From Phoronis australis (Eukaryota > Animalia > Phoronida): a stretch of 64,000 nucleotides of DNA. This document shows positions 49,201-62,800 of the stretch, piece by piece (the first letter of the stretch is position 1; the number at the start of each line of letters is the position of its first letter). Under the pieces are notes generated by a model that saw only the letters and a program-made list of their open reading frames with translations, was not told where the DNA came from and made no database searches. Both the position numbers and the translations under genes were made by a program. The DNA lies in the NCBI GenBank assembly GCA_002633005.1, contig NMRA01000478.1, forward strand, positions 253,594 to 317,593, read 5' to 3'.

Positions 49201-52200
49201 GTGAAACAAATTACCCTTCGAAAACGCCTTCCAAAATACAAAATTTCCCTTTAAATCACGCACATGGATACACATTCGGCGGATGCGATCGAGTGTTGGG
49301 GAATTACCCAGCTTACAACACGTGCACGAGAGATTCCTGTCTTATTGTTGATCTAAACCCAAAGTTAACAAATCTTCAAGATAAACTGATACTAAGCCAA
49401 CCTGCTGTTCTGAGTGGGAAATACACCAATATACAGCAAACGCAAAACTTAACTAGGGTAAATAGAGGTTAATGAATTAAATTTGTGTAAATCAAGTGTT
49501 CACGCGTAGTCACGTTGATTACGCTCAAGGTACCAATTACACTAGTTATTGGGAACTTTTGAACGCTTTGCCGATGCGTGTTTGTCAGTACTGGGTCGTT
49601 CCAGCCCGGGAACCGCTTTTCGTTTCTTGGGCTGGTTCATAACTTAAACACAGGTGCGCATCCTACTGAATCATACGAATTGACATGGAAGGTTAATTCA
49701 CACAAGAAAGGTTCATCAAAACGTATGGCTTAAAGAGTTTCGAGGGGTAGTCTGCAACTGTTTCGGAGGAGTATTCTACCAACATCTTCCATTGTTCATG
49801 TGCTACATAACACATGGGTTGAACATAAAGGAAACTTCTATCTTATGAGTATGTCATTCGTCATGCGAAGTACCGTGAATGAAGGGTAAAGATACATGAA
49901 AAGGGTGTTCAAAAATGTTCACAAAATACCGTCTGAAAATGAATACCAGAAAACGATCTTAGTTGCAACTAATGGCGTTTTCATTTTATACGTATTTCAG
50001 GAATCCCCACATTTCTGTTGAAAGACCACAATTGACTTCAACTGAAGATTTTTTTCAGACTGCACATGTGGAACAATCGGCCATAGTATGCATCACAGAA
50101 CGAGCACGTCTCATTCACCTACTATACAACTGATTAAACACAGGAAAATTGAAAACAGTTCTCTTTAATATTCTCCGTATTGGCGCATAGGTAATACTGG
50201 AAGAGCCTCACACAATTGGTCGCGTTTGGTTCCAAAATTGTAACCTTGTCGTTCTCCACAATTGAGGGCAACTGTGCATTGCAAACAAAACTTAAGGAGC
50301 ATTGGTATAAGAAAACACTATTACTTCCAAACTAAACCACATCCCGGTACTCGTATCTAAGAACATTTTTGTGAATACTTTCGGGACAATCTGTACTGTG
50401 AGCTTTGCCTCGTCTTGATAAAGAGAGCCCTGTTATGAAGATTTGAAGTTAATCGCAATGGCTGGTGTAGGCTTAATTTGGATGTTTGCTTATCGCAGTT
50501 GCTATTTACGTCATAAACGTCATCGTTTTCGATCCAATTCTTATGAAATTTACCGAGCTGACGTAATTTATTGGAACTGAGTGTGAGAACTAAACTGACA
50601 ACTTTATCGATTACAAGTGGTCTAAATTAGCGTCCCATCGTTTTCTGACCACAATTTTAACTCCATTAAACCATTCACCAAGGTTCTTTCTCTACAGAAA
50701 TCACCCATTTAGTCGCGTTACACCTGTACAACTTCTCGAAAGACTCGCATCGGTGGCGTACAAGAGCAATGCCGCTCAGACGGGAGTTATTTTTTTCACG
50801 GCGAGTGTTTCTACGGATTGAGGCCTTTGTTGGTTTAATTGCTTACAAAAGATTTCGCTTTACGTGTCAGAAACTCTAAAACAGTTCCGTTTTACCACAA
50901 GAGGAACTTTGTAAACAGATCTTTATAGATCTGTTGATTTTAAAAGAACATAGTCGAGAGTTGCTTCCTAAATTTTGATAAAAATCACTTTTACAAAATC
51001 CCGAAGAACTGGTTACGTTAGCTTCTTGTAAAGAGAATTTTATGTAAGCATCTTACAGATCGATCTCTTTAAATATGCTTTATCTCAGTACAATGACGGG
51101 TTTTATTCTATTTACACTCTAAAATAGGAAATTACTAATTTCCAGCGTCTTCGTCCCTGTCATAATACTGCATTTATCATCCAGGCTATTACTAAAAATA
51201 CATACGAAGTAGTGGGGGCCTTCTAATGTTAAGGTGTCTAAAGTGTCGGAATTTAATTCAAGTTTTACCCAAGTCAAGGCAAACGACAGACATTCATGCA
51301 ACTGAACAAAACATTTTGCTACTATAATGCATGTAATTGGCAAAAATACTTAAAAAACAATTTTGCCGAGGAACATGCATAACGGAGAATGCAGAACAAA
51401 TGAGACGGCATTTGGTACACTTGAATGACTCCCGCCGGGTCAACCAGTTAAGATATCTGATTCGTTCCCGATGACTTACGATATCATATCCGGTTGAACC
51501 AATGCAACCGTTGAAGACAATCAACTCCGGCCATTGTCCAGAATATCCACCGATTTGAAAAAGCAAGCAGTTAAACGCGGAACAGACTCGTAGCAGTATT
51601 AAGACAAGTTATCAGGATGTGTTCTTATTCCAAATTAAAGCGGTGTTAAACCCTTGGTTTCTGTTAAAAACAAGTTTTGATTTGCGCCTCTTACCCCTGT
51701 GATATCCGTCTTAAAATTTTCCTCAGTCAAAACAAGCAATGACTGTTACCTGACGTTTTATGAGCTATGAAGAAATTGTTACTGTCACTCCTTCCAGAGA
51801 AAACGCATCTAATCTGTGTGAAGATAACGACAAGGCCAATTTTCTGACGGTAAATGGCCTAAAACAAAACTTGTTTTTGGCTGAAAGCACGGGTTCAAGG
51901 CCGTTGTAAGTGACTACAGTTTTGCGTGCGGCAACCGTCGTTCAAAACAAATGAACACGAGACGTTATTGCCATAACAATAACTTGATTATGTGGTTGCT
52001 AGCATTGGACAACTTATTTTAGAGTGAAACTACTGTAGAGCAGAAACAGGTGAACTCAGTAATTGGTGTTTACTGCGACTTCAGTGAGCATCCGCAAAGC
52101 GTTGTTTATGTTTGACACAAATGTCCATACGTTGTGTGTTTATTCTCGTTTCTCATGTTCTAATAATTACGCTTTTAACTCTGTCTCAGCTTGTTGATAA

Positions 52201-55200
52201 AACAATGTTTTGCGTCATATGATCATTACATAATCCAGTGCTGACGCAAAAGTTCTTTTTAGCACCATTTGAGCAAGTTTTGTACTTCAAACATCAACTA
52301 TGGTCGACAGGTATCGCTGGTCCCCACTAGTGTCGCTGTTCATTGCTTAAAGGGGCATTTCACCGATGTTCAGCTGTCAGTGTTGAATTATTAACCGTAA
52401 CACTTTGGGGTTTAAAAACGTCACTACGCGCATCCGATCTAGAATTGTTGTCGAAGGAGTCGGCAACTCAAGTTACAGGCAATGCGCACATGGATCATTT
52501 TCGAACTCTCAATTTTAGGGTTGATCAATCCCAATAGACTGTGAAGTTTTTCTTGAGTGGCTGACGGTTTCGATATTGTTGTTGGTAATGGAAATAAAAC
52601 CCTGTCACTCTAAGGTATACCACGAGATGACTGGCAACTTTAAAATTCTGAATACACTCTACAAATCGATGTTATTATTATCTGCGCACGTTCTCGCACC
52701 TATAAAGCTGTCCGTTGTGTGGGTGATAATTCAAACAAAGCAGACATCCTGCACGCAACGTTTTCCTCCAATTATGCCGTAATTAAACCAGTAAGTTTTC
52801 TGTTGGGAAACACTGCGTGCAACCCGAACAGTCCGTTCGGTTACTGTTTATTCAGTTGTGGGGCATTTTAGTTTTATTCGTTTGGTTTTAGGTTAGAACG
52901 ATTTCGAGTGTTCCTGCTCCGTCCGTCACTCGTTATGTTCACAGTTGACTACAATACGCAAAAGGTGTGCGGCCCTCCAGTGAACGAAATGTTTGCATGT
53001 TTAGGTTATAGAGCAACACGTCGACCGTGCATTCAACCAAATGTACACAAAACTATAATATTCAAAGGTGCTTATTTTCTCAAAGTACAATGCCTGAAGA
53101 ATATAATTTTGGACAGTATATTAATCCACAATTGATTGAGTCACATGACCATGCCTTTTATATGAAATTCAACTAAGAAGGGCAGTTACAGTAATAAGAT
53201 AAAACGGCAAAACTTTGTTTGATGTAAATGTTAAAGATGAAATCTCCAAAAAATTTGTTACAGTTTTCCAAATTATGAAAATTCATTTTCATACAAAGCA
53301 ACTTTTGATTTTTTTCAGAAAAATCACAAAAGTTATATTTTTCATAGCCTTTCATGGATAAGTAACAATTCCGAAAAGGGTTTTGGAGAAAGGTACATAA
53401 AGGATGCTATCTGAAATTCTCAAGTGAATCCAATTATTCATTTGTGAGACATGATGTTCCGAATGTAGCCAAATTTGGACATTTTCGAATGCCCTACGTC
53501 ACCTTAAAAGGGTGTTAAACAACGATTTCATATTAGTAGATATTAGCGACGACCATATTACTTGAACTTAAAAAAACAATGACTCGCAGCAGTGGTGAAT
53601 CAGTAAAAGTTTCCAAGCAAGTTTTAATGTTCTTAAAGGTCTCTTAAATCACCGAGAGTCCTTGGTAGTTCACCGTAGTTTCATTTTGTAATTGTTGTTG
53701 TTGTTGTTGTTGTTTTGGGAATTTTCGTGGGCTTTCTGGTCTTGTGTTATAGCACTGGCGTTAGCCAATAATCAGCTCAAACATGGTTGGTTTACTGATT
53801 ACAATGGCGTATGCATACTGTGGAATTGAAAGGTGTTGGTGGTTAAAAGTTGAGAGAACAGTTGTCTCTACTACATGTACCTGCTCAATCGCTCAATCAA
53901 GCTCCAGCAATGTTCCTAAGATCACTCACTGACTTGATGAGATGGCCCTTTTTATTCATACGATTAATAATGACAGTTGTTTTATAGTTTTTATAATGGA
54001 ACGAGGGTAAGATGAAAAACATTGACGCTTACCTGGTTTGGTGCGTGTTGCCTGAAATGAAAAGTTCACAGGGATTACTTTCAATATGAAATGCAATGAC
54101 AATCCAATTTTGAAACCGTGGGGTGGCTGTCGGTACTGGCCAACCATGTTTAAAAGTACACGTGACATCCCGTGTTACTTTTATGCAACCCTTTTGTGGA
54201 CCAGTGCTCGGTTGCATGAAACAGTCCCAAATAGGGACTCGACTAAATTCCTTAAAACTGCTGCGTATTTGTGGGCCTGTGAAAACCCCGGTTGTCCTGT
54301 CTTTTGCTGTTTCAGTCTCATTACTAAGTCAATTTTTGGCTTTGATAACAATCGAGAGTGAATTCTCGTCGGAATTCTCAATATTATTGAAGACAAGTAG
54401 GGATCTTTTCATGCAACGCCCCTAATTTAAGGACTTAGTCCCCCATTGTTTTGACTGAATTAAGGCCTCAGTTTTTTGTTATATGATTACAAAATGCCAT
54501 TAGTCAAAGAGGGGCTCAGAATAAAGATATGATAGAAAAATTTTACATCTGTGCTTAAAGAACGAAACAAATACGAAAAAGATTTGGGGAACTTGGTTGA
54601 GTCCCTATTTGAGACAGTTTCATGCAACTGGGCACTGAACTCCTTGCGCGACTCCAAGTTCTTGCGTTTTACAGGTGCCTGTGTTGATAAATGAAGATAA
54701 AACTGCCGCAACCTAACATCTTATTTAACCATCGTGATGCCACTGTTGCATTAAATTACAAAGCAGTAAAACAGGACTACAATCACGTGACTTGCTCCTT
54801 TACGTAACAGAAGTAACTACGTAGATACATTTATTTTACTTTTTAAAACTGTGTATACACGCATGGGTAGGAGGCTTTTCGTGCAACAAGAAATCAAACT
54901 AATACTGTTGTATTATTGCTACAGAATTTCACCAGCAAGCTGCGAGATAATTTCATTGGCTACCGGTACCATTTCGTTCGCTACATAAATATGCCATGTG
55001 CAAAAACCAACAACACGCTTCTAATGTTGGCAATTCTATGTTGTTGCACTTCAACGAATTTCCCATCCGGTGATTTTTACTGACGCAACCTATCGTTAAA
55101 AGTCGATATGTTCAGCAAAAGGCGGGCGGACACTTTGTTCTGATCTTGCTGTAACCATGTCAAAAATTCTCTTGTTATTTATTACATTGTTTTTATGATA

Positions 55201-55393
55201 CGTCATGAACTTATTTAAAGGACTACAAAAAGAACTTAGTCGGCCTACTCAGTCACCGATCATGAAAAGAATTTTTGTAAGCCAATATCAGAAAGGTACT
55301 CACAGTGTCGTCCACACACAAAACTATTTTGCAGCTCCAGAAAAGCGCGTAAAAGAAAAGCAACATAAAGCGAACTATCTGCAGGCAATCCAT
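37299..55393 (-). CDS. Secreted ADAMTS-like reprolysin (M12B) zinc metalloprotease with large Arg/Thr-rich insert and two C-terminal PLAC-like modules, ~1132 aa, 15 exons
   Basis: Exons: 55393-55304 (signal peptide MDCLQIVRFMLLFFYALFWSCKIVLC), 54051-54033, 47696-47614 (RRRR/DV), 45794-43867 (insert plus TIEVLVVVDYALY), 43698-43605, 43183-43106, 42678-42506 (HDHAMLLTG), 41736-41684 (YDLC), 41524-41419 (VVED...AAHELAHA), 40906-40751 (FDIDHD...FIM Met-turn...FSECS), 40137-39990 (PGQ...DDQC), 39172-39053 (GTTCG), 38261-38210 (WCQNGKCV), 37907-37761 and 37450-37299. All are GT-AG, phase-compatible and total 3399 nt. The two most 5' exons are less certain. Confidence 0.85.
41779..41884. mobile_element. 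Small MITE-like element (CAGGGC...TGCAT TIR family)
   Basis: cagggctggatgcatg ... gatgcaaccaagcccag. Confidence 0.5.
41979..42035. repeat. (TA)n/(TACA) microsatellite
   Basis: Direct reading. Confidence 0.9.
46524..46895. repeat. Near-perfect tandem duplication, 2 x 186 bp
   Basis: 46524-46709 and 46710-46895 differ at one seen position (tgtgata vs tgtggta). Confidence 0.95.
51641..51903. mobile_element. MITE-like element with ~50 bp imperfect TIRs
   Basis: aacccttggtttctgttaaaaacaagttttgatttgcgcc pairs with ggcctaaaacaaaacttgtttttggctgaaagcacgggtt. Confidence 0.65.
53692..53713. repeat. (TTG)n microsatellite
   Basis: Direct reading. Confidence 0.85.
54202..54637. mobile_element. 436 bp MITE-like element with ~50 bp TIRs
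   Basis: cagtgctcggttgcatgaaacagtcccaaatagggactcgactaaattcc pairs with gggaacttggttgagtccctatttgagacagtttcatgcaactgggcactg. Confidence 0.85.
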
Positions 55394-58300
55394 AGCGTCG
55401 TCAGCCGTAAACCGAGTCAACGCATTTGAAACTTTTCAGGCGGACCATGTTTATTTCACAAAATTAAGTCCTTAGCCTGAACACCACTGGACCAATGAAA
55501 TGAGGCTCCCCAGTGGGATGGCCTTCAAGCACAAATTTAGATTTAGAGTCTCACATGAAGTGAGACACTAGATGTGTCTGTCAATCAGTATTGTAAAGGC
55601 CGTTGGAAGCTGATATAACTAAACACGCGACCTGTCTGAAAATTTGTATTTACAAACACTAGCGACTACAGGTATACAGTGCCGCCATTTTTAATGTATG
55701 GGCCCACTACTAAGCTCACGCAGCATCGGTGTTAGATGAGGGAACTAGCTGAGTGCTACATCGATTGTTACTGAATGGAACTTATGGAAGTATATATTAT
55801 CCTCCAGGAAAGATTCGTAAAATCAATTATACATAACAGTGCACATTTCTTGAATGAAATTCCTAAGCCGGTTCCCCCACAGGCACCTACACGAGTGGGA
55901 ACAACTGGCTTATGAGCGGATGAAACCAGTGGGGTCCCTGGTTTTGGCTAAAGTATTCCATAGAGCTTTACCTGCGTTCGCTGCGTTGTCCAGCGACGCA
56001 AAATGCATGGCTTACGTTTTCCATAGATTGATTTGCATAATCTAAAAAATACCGCATAATTGACAGCGTTCCTGAGCTGGGCTGTGTTTTTGTAGAGGAC
56101 GTTTCTGGCGAGAAAAGCGATACCAAGCAAGACCACGAAAAATGACGCACTAGCAAAATAGCCGCCACTGAAGCAAAGATAACTATAAAATTTTTGACTG
56201 AAGTGATTGGTCGGCCACGCCGGAATGTTATTAGATATTTCAGTACGCTGCGGGTAAAATCGCTATTTCTGATCAGTAAGCCAAGATTTTTTGCCTCACA
56301 GAAGTAATTCACAGGCGTCTTTCAGTACGGAATACATCCCATTTTTCCAGAATCTTACTGCGGTTGCGTCATCAGCCGTGTCCCTATTTCAGACAAGCAA
56401 AAGTTTCTAATTGACTGGGTCAAATTTATGGAATTAACCCACGCACATGTAGGAGACGGAGCAGGGGCGCAATAAATAAATATTAAGCTCCAACCGTGCG
56501 GTGTCATCTTTGAAAGCCATTGCATTGGTTATTAAAAATATTTATGTATGTACTAAGCTCTCTTACTAGGGGACTAGTTCCAATTAAGTGAGCTTGCAAA
56601 TCTTTTTATTATGACTTCAGGAGACAATGAAGAATCTATTTCACCACTGCATTGGTTGATGCCTTGGGCTAGAACCCATTATCGTTTTTAATACTTTGAG
56701 TTTTCTTTCCAAAATATACATGGTTAAATGGAGTTCATCAACGCTAACTTGCTTTATTCCAGGTTGAAGCTCGCGACTTTGACTTGACCCAGTTAGTGCA
56801 GAGAAGTACTTTTTAAATAAAGTTCTATGGAGTGGTTTGACTAGTGATAGAGTTGGACACTCTTTCGTAGGAATTTACAGACACGGGGTTAGATGTAGAA
56901 ACAATTTGGCCCAAATTTTACAAATCAAAATCGTAATTTCTGTCGTTGTCATGCACAATGAAGTTAAGAGATTATAAGTGAAATGAGTCGATTTCCGTAG
57001 TTTGTTCGGGTATTTGTGGTTGTTTCGACCATGAACCCTGAACCGCGACATTTATAATTCATACGTCCACTGTAAATCTTATATGTATGTAAGCCATTGC
57101 AATGCATGGCGATATCTCGCGAAGTTTTGCGAATTCTTGCTTTTTTAGAAAGAAACTGTGTCTACGGATATGTACACCGGCCGGGACAGTATTAATGGTG
57201 TCAAACGGCACGGATAATCCGGCTGCTATGAATTTGAGTAGCTCTATTAAACGACAATTAGTTTGAGACTGCGAGTATTTGTGAAAGAAACGTGAATTTA
57301 ACACAGACTGATTCTATTATGATCCTGGTATGTTTTGTGGAAGAAGAAATCGCTTATGTGATAAATCCGTCAGCCAATGCGCCAGCAGGTGTGAGACAGC
57401 CATCAGGCAGTGTCTTCAAGTTCAATATGTGGCACCACTATACATGTACTGTTTCCAGAAATGTTTGCTGCAGGATTATTATTCAAAAGTCATTTGAATC
57501 ACATGAATAACGCAAAGTCTAATGCAAAACCAAACAGGCCGTTGATGACGGCGTACTTTTATTTAGCAGTAGCAACTTGTGCTATTTAGTTTGTTTTCCG
57601 GAAACTTGAGCTAACAATTTGAGGCTACTGTCTAGTGCGTGAGGGAATATAACAACGACAGTAATTATAGTACAAATATCGCCAAGTGACTGGGGTGTCG
57701 TAATTCGATTACCTGATTTTCGAGTCAACAATCCCAGACTATGAGCAGTTGGGAGTCGTAAATGTGAAGTGGTGTTCAGTATAGTTTTAACCCAGTTACT
57801 GAATTAGAACATTCTGGTTTAGTCCTAATTTCCAAGAAATTGAACAAATGAGTATAACCTGTAGGAGTATATGTTCAATGAGTGGGAATAACTTTCAATG
57901 TCGTTTGGTATTATCTCGGTTATAAAAGTTGGGTAGACACAGTTAATGGTGTTGGGACTTCGCACTTCGAAAGTTGTGGCAAACAGGAAGGTCGCTTCAA
58001 AACTTGTGCCTTCTGCCAAACAAATTTTGATTAGACCAACTAATGTTATAGAATTGACCTCGTCTTGCTCTTTTGTCAGTTAGAAGCGACTCCTGGGTTT
58101 GGGTATAGTAGACAATTAGTTATTTCTTCAGACAAAATTTAAACAAAAAATTCAGGTCACGCTGTGACATTATTATAGTAACGTCATAAGAAATGACGAA
58201 ATGTCAGTTTTTTCTAAGCTCAAAAATCACACCTCTTTTGATTAAGGAATAATTTGAGACCACTGACTAAACCCAAGCTTGTTTTTTGGTAGAAAGCACG

Positions 58301-58938
58301 AGTGTAATGTAGTTTTAAAGGGATTTTCAACATCCATTCGATCACACTGGCATTGATTGAGACGGGTGCCGGCCAGGTCCACGATCTACCTCTATAAGTT
58401 TCGAATACAGCTTTAAAACGGACTACTATGACGCATCACACCACCAGACAACAATTTTCTAATTACAATACCAGCGTCTTGAGGCTAATTGTCTGCTAAC
58501 TGTCTCTGCTGAACTGGTGAAGCGGAGTCCTTTCTTTTTACTCTTGTTGATCTGAACTCTTAAGTTCTTGGAAAGATTGCGTAATACATCTGAACAGCCA
58601 TGTCCTGTATTTAATTGGTAATTCTGAGGCTGTAAATTCAAGTACTACTTTGAAAAATTCCCACCGCTTCCAAAAGTACGTGCTGTAAGCCAGACTTCCG
58701 TCAAAAATATGAGCTATTTATTGAGACCACTTCCTGTTAAAAAACTTCTACAAAAATCGCGTTTTTGGTATATGCCTGGCTGCACTGTTGTCCAAATTTC
58801 CGGTTGGAGAACAATCTATTCTCGCGGTACTGTAATCTCTTAATATGCCAGAGAGCACAAGTGTTTCCAAAGAGCATTTTTGTGAAAAAGCTAGATCACC
58901 CAACTCTGACCCTGTGAAATCACCTGAGTGAAAATCGA

Positions 58939-59552
58939 GTAAACTTTGATACCTTACAAATATATAACAAAATGACCGCTGAAGTGATTGGCCAGCGAGG
59001 TTGGAGAAATTTCGTCCGGCGAACGTTTCCATCAACGGTGATTGCTCATCCAAGTATGAAGTGATAGTCCTGCGGGTATTTCGTGATGACTTGTGTAATG
59101 TCGCCAAAATCTCAAGGATCCACTTGGAGCACAAGTCCTGGGCCCGGTCTCCAATCTTTTTACTCGAAATGGAACTCAAAATTAGGTTTGGCATTTTCTA
59201 CTCTACTTTTGGGCGAACTCAAGATAAGTGTCTATTATTCTATGCTCGAGTACACAATAACTTCCGTAGATAATTTATTGCCCTTAGTTCACAGTTTGTA
59301 AACCCAATAATAAAGCAATAAGTTCGAGCTTGAACTCGAAATTTCGAGTTTTTACTCGAGNGTAAACTTTGATACCTTACAAATATATAACAAAATGACC
59401 GCTGAAGTGATTGGCCAGCGAGGTTGGAGAAATTTCGTCGAACGTTTCCATCAACGGTGATTGCTCATCCAAGTATGAAGTGATAGTCCTGCGGGTATTT
59501 CGTGATGACTTGTGTAATGTCGCCAAAATCTCAAGGATCCACTTGGAGCACA
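58939..59552. repeat. Direct repeat of ~191-195 bp (58939-59133, 59362-59552) separated by a partial MITE-like sequence and a single N; probable allelic contig join
   Basis: The copies look identical except for a 4 bp indel (cggc). An N sits at 59361, and ctgggcccgg begins just after copy 1. Confidence 0.85.
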
Positions 59553-59890
59553 GGTTAGAGTTCGGTGTATCGCAGCGAGAAAGATTTATCCAAAATCCCG
59601 TGCTCTCATTCTGTTGAAAATACACGGCAAAGACGTGCGTAATCTCGCGAAGCCGTGCTTATTTAGAGAGGTCCTACCGTTACTGAACTCTACCCAGGTC
59701 TTTCGTTAAAGAAAACTTCCCCATCGCGACGTCTTAGTTCTGGAAATCTCTCACTTTGAGAAAATGGCGTCATCTATTGGCAAAAAGTAAAACACCACAC
59801 TATTAGTCGAGTTGCGGCGTGCAACAAATGTCTCGTGTTAACGTGATGTGAAATGTTTAACATCAATAATCAATCATTTTCTCCCAGAGT

Positions 59891-62800
59891 ATGGCGTGTT
59901 TTATAGCAGTAGCCTTTCTGATAGTGTTAGCATTTTCAGAAGAAAACGCCAATGCAGGTGAGGTACTTCACGCCTTTATCACAGAGTTATTTCCGTCTTT
60001 GGTAGGAACCTTTACATTTGTATAGGGGTGTACTTTAGTGGACAGCAAGCAGATATAAAGCGCCTGAATAATTTGCTTCTTTGTCAGTGGTTCCTTTTCT
60101 TACCTTTTAGTAAACAGTTGCGTTGTTTTGTCACCGGTTCGGAGTTTTCATGACTTTGAAAGATATGATGCAGTTTGTGTGGTGGGGGAGAATAATCGTA
60201 AAGGAGAACTGAAAATGAACAATACGATTATTTGGTTTCAACTAAGGCTAGCCAATACATTAGTTGATATCTGAACCAACCCTTAACAGGGTTGGAAGCC
60301 CGCACATGGAAAGCGTAGAAACCAGCGTTATACATAACACACTCGAATTGATCGTCAAATATTTACCTTCATTTGTCGAAAAAAAAACAGCGTATATAGG
60401 TGCACGGCAATCAAGTCCTTCAAAAGAACTTATTCACTCGAAATTCACTTTTTACTATTGGCTTGTCACTCCGTCATTTTCATTTTTTTACCTAGCGGTG
60501 TGCTAGTCGTGAACTAAAGCATTCACCTCGCTCATTGGCTGGCATTTGGGTCACTACATGGTGTCATTAGGTCAAAAACTGAGAGTAAGCGATGGCAGAC
60601 GATTTAATTCGTCGTTGTTAGAGAAAGGTAAAAAGAGGCTTGTTTCTAAATTACATAGGTCTTCATTGCGAGGTTTTTGATTAAGACACTAGATTGCCGA
60701 AGGAATTGCCTATATTGTGTGTAACCGTTTGGGTGTTAATTGGTATTCAGGTGACTTATAAGCCCAAGAGGCTGGGATTATGTTGCATATGAAGTTCACT
60801 TGTTTTGTATTGTATTGTATTGTATTGTATTGTATTGTATTGTATTGTATACTGCGATGTTCCCATATCATTATTATAAATAATAATTATATATAACCGG
60901 TAAGACCGTTTACGGTTCCCTAAGTATGTTGTGGGAATGCAATTTGGTTATTACCAGGGTTTTCTGTTGATTAGCCTATCCGATGAAACGCCCATGGGCT
61001 TTATTTGGTGTTACAACTTCTGGTGTCAAGTGTCCTGATAGCGTTTATTCGGAAAATTTCCTCTTGAAAGCCCGCTAAGCGTCAACGTTTAGTCACAAGT
61101 TCAGTTTTGAGGAGCATTTATCATTTATAAAAACGAACAAAGTGCTGGCGAACTATGCATTTATTGAAATAAATTTAAAAACTTATTTTTAAGTAAAAAT
61201 GTCAGTCAGGCAACCTATTACTTTCCGTTTACACGCCCCCCATTCAATCGGAGTAAACGCCCGGGCGTTTATTTGGTATTACTAAAACGACTGAAATTTT
61301 TCATTTTCCGACTTTGGGCCCATGAGCTTATTTACAGAAAATCACGTTAACACAATGATCAAATATTTTCCAGAATTTGAGAAATGAACATACATGTAAA
61401 TTATATGAAGTTTTCGGTGTGGGGGCAAGATACTTATTGAGTGTGTTAGAACTACTTATGGAATCATGAAAGGTCTTACTTGGTTAAATTTTGCTTCTTT
61501 TTGCATCTGTGTAACAACTACCAATCAATTCATCTACCACTTTATGCTCATTGATGCTGACCTAATGACGTCATTTTATACTAAGTAGTGACCCGAATGC
61601 CAGACAATAAGTAGTTTGTTATCCAGTAGGCGAAAAAAAGTAAATGGCGGAGCGACAAGCAAACCGTAAAACGCCGAGTCTTCAAGAGAATATTTTAGTA
61701 TTCTCTCGGACTACTTAAAAATATTTTGAACGTGTAATTATATTCGCCATATAATTTATGCAGATAAATTTCTTCACGCAATCATAATTTGAATGTGTGC
61801 AATGCGAGTACGATATTCACTCCTTGCACACATAGGTGGCGCTGCAAAAATTATTGTTGTACATTGTTATTGTTATTTAGGACACAATGCCTCGTTTTAG
61901 CATCAATTTTAACAACGCAAACGTGAATGCGCGAGTGTTCTAAACATGCACCATCATTTGTAGCTTGAACGCAACACCTCGCTTTCAAGCGTAATTGAAA
62001 ATTCGTGTATGGAGTGAACATGCAAGACTAAACCCTGCAATATCAACCTAAAGACTTCCAACTTTGTTTGAGTTTAGTGTTTGTTTACTGACTAATATGA
62101 GTCAGCCTTACGTGCAAAACTAACTTTTTGTTGAGACCGCTTTTATCTATAAAGTTAGTCTCAAATCGAAATAAGCTGTGTTCTGTAGACTTGGGAAAAC
62201 CGAATTGTTCCTGAATAAATGTGCCGCAGCAGTTGTTCCACCCAATCCTGAAATTTCGTCTAAGTTTTATAACGGTAATTCGAACTAATTCAATCCTCGA
62301 ACGCTAACACCATTTGCACGCAAGCACAAGATAATACGTGAATCCCTCGTTCAACAGTCTCCAGCGAACTTCTCGGCACATCAAATACTTTACGTCGCCA
62401 TCACACACCCAAGTGAGCTTATCGCTATTTATGGACTTGGCCGAATGCGTATTGGATGAGATAGTTGCAGTCGCAAATCAACACGCCTTTTTAGCGTACG
62501 AGTTTCAATGTAAAAAACGAACAGTGTATAAGGCAAACTACCAAAATGACTTTTTTAAAATTGAAAAGTAAATAATGGCCTCTCCAAGATTTTAAAATCG
62601 GTGTACTATAAGAGAAGTTATACATAATATGTTACCTTCAGGAACGCGGCTGATTGAGCCACGCGCATTAATTAACTTTTATGAAAGGGTGGGTTAGTCA
62701 AACTCTGGCTTAGGCTCACTTCTTACCGCGTCCTTGAGCGTTGGAGTGACGAAATGCCAAATGTTAGCGTATGAATTGCCTCACGAAACTTGTTTCAGCA

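Noticed and set aside
58748-59625. Paralogous small ORFs (148, 90, 82, 68 aa)
   Set aside because: Their similarity comes from the duplicated sequence around the N. No recognisable domain.
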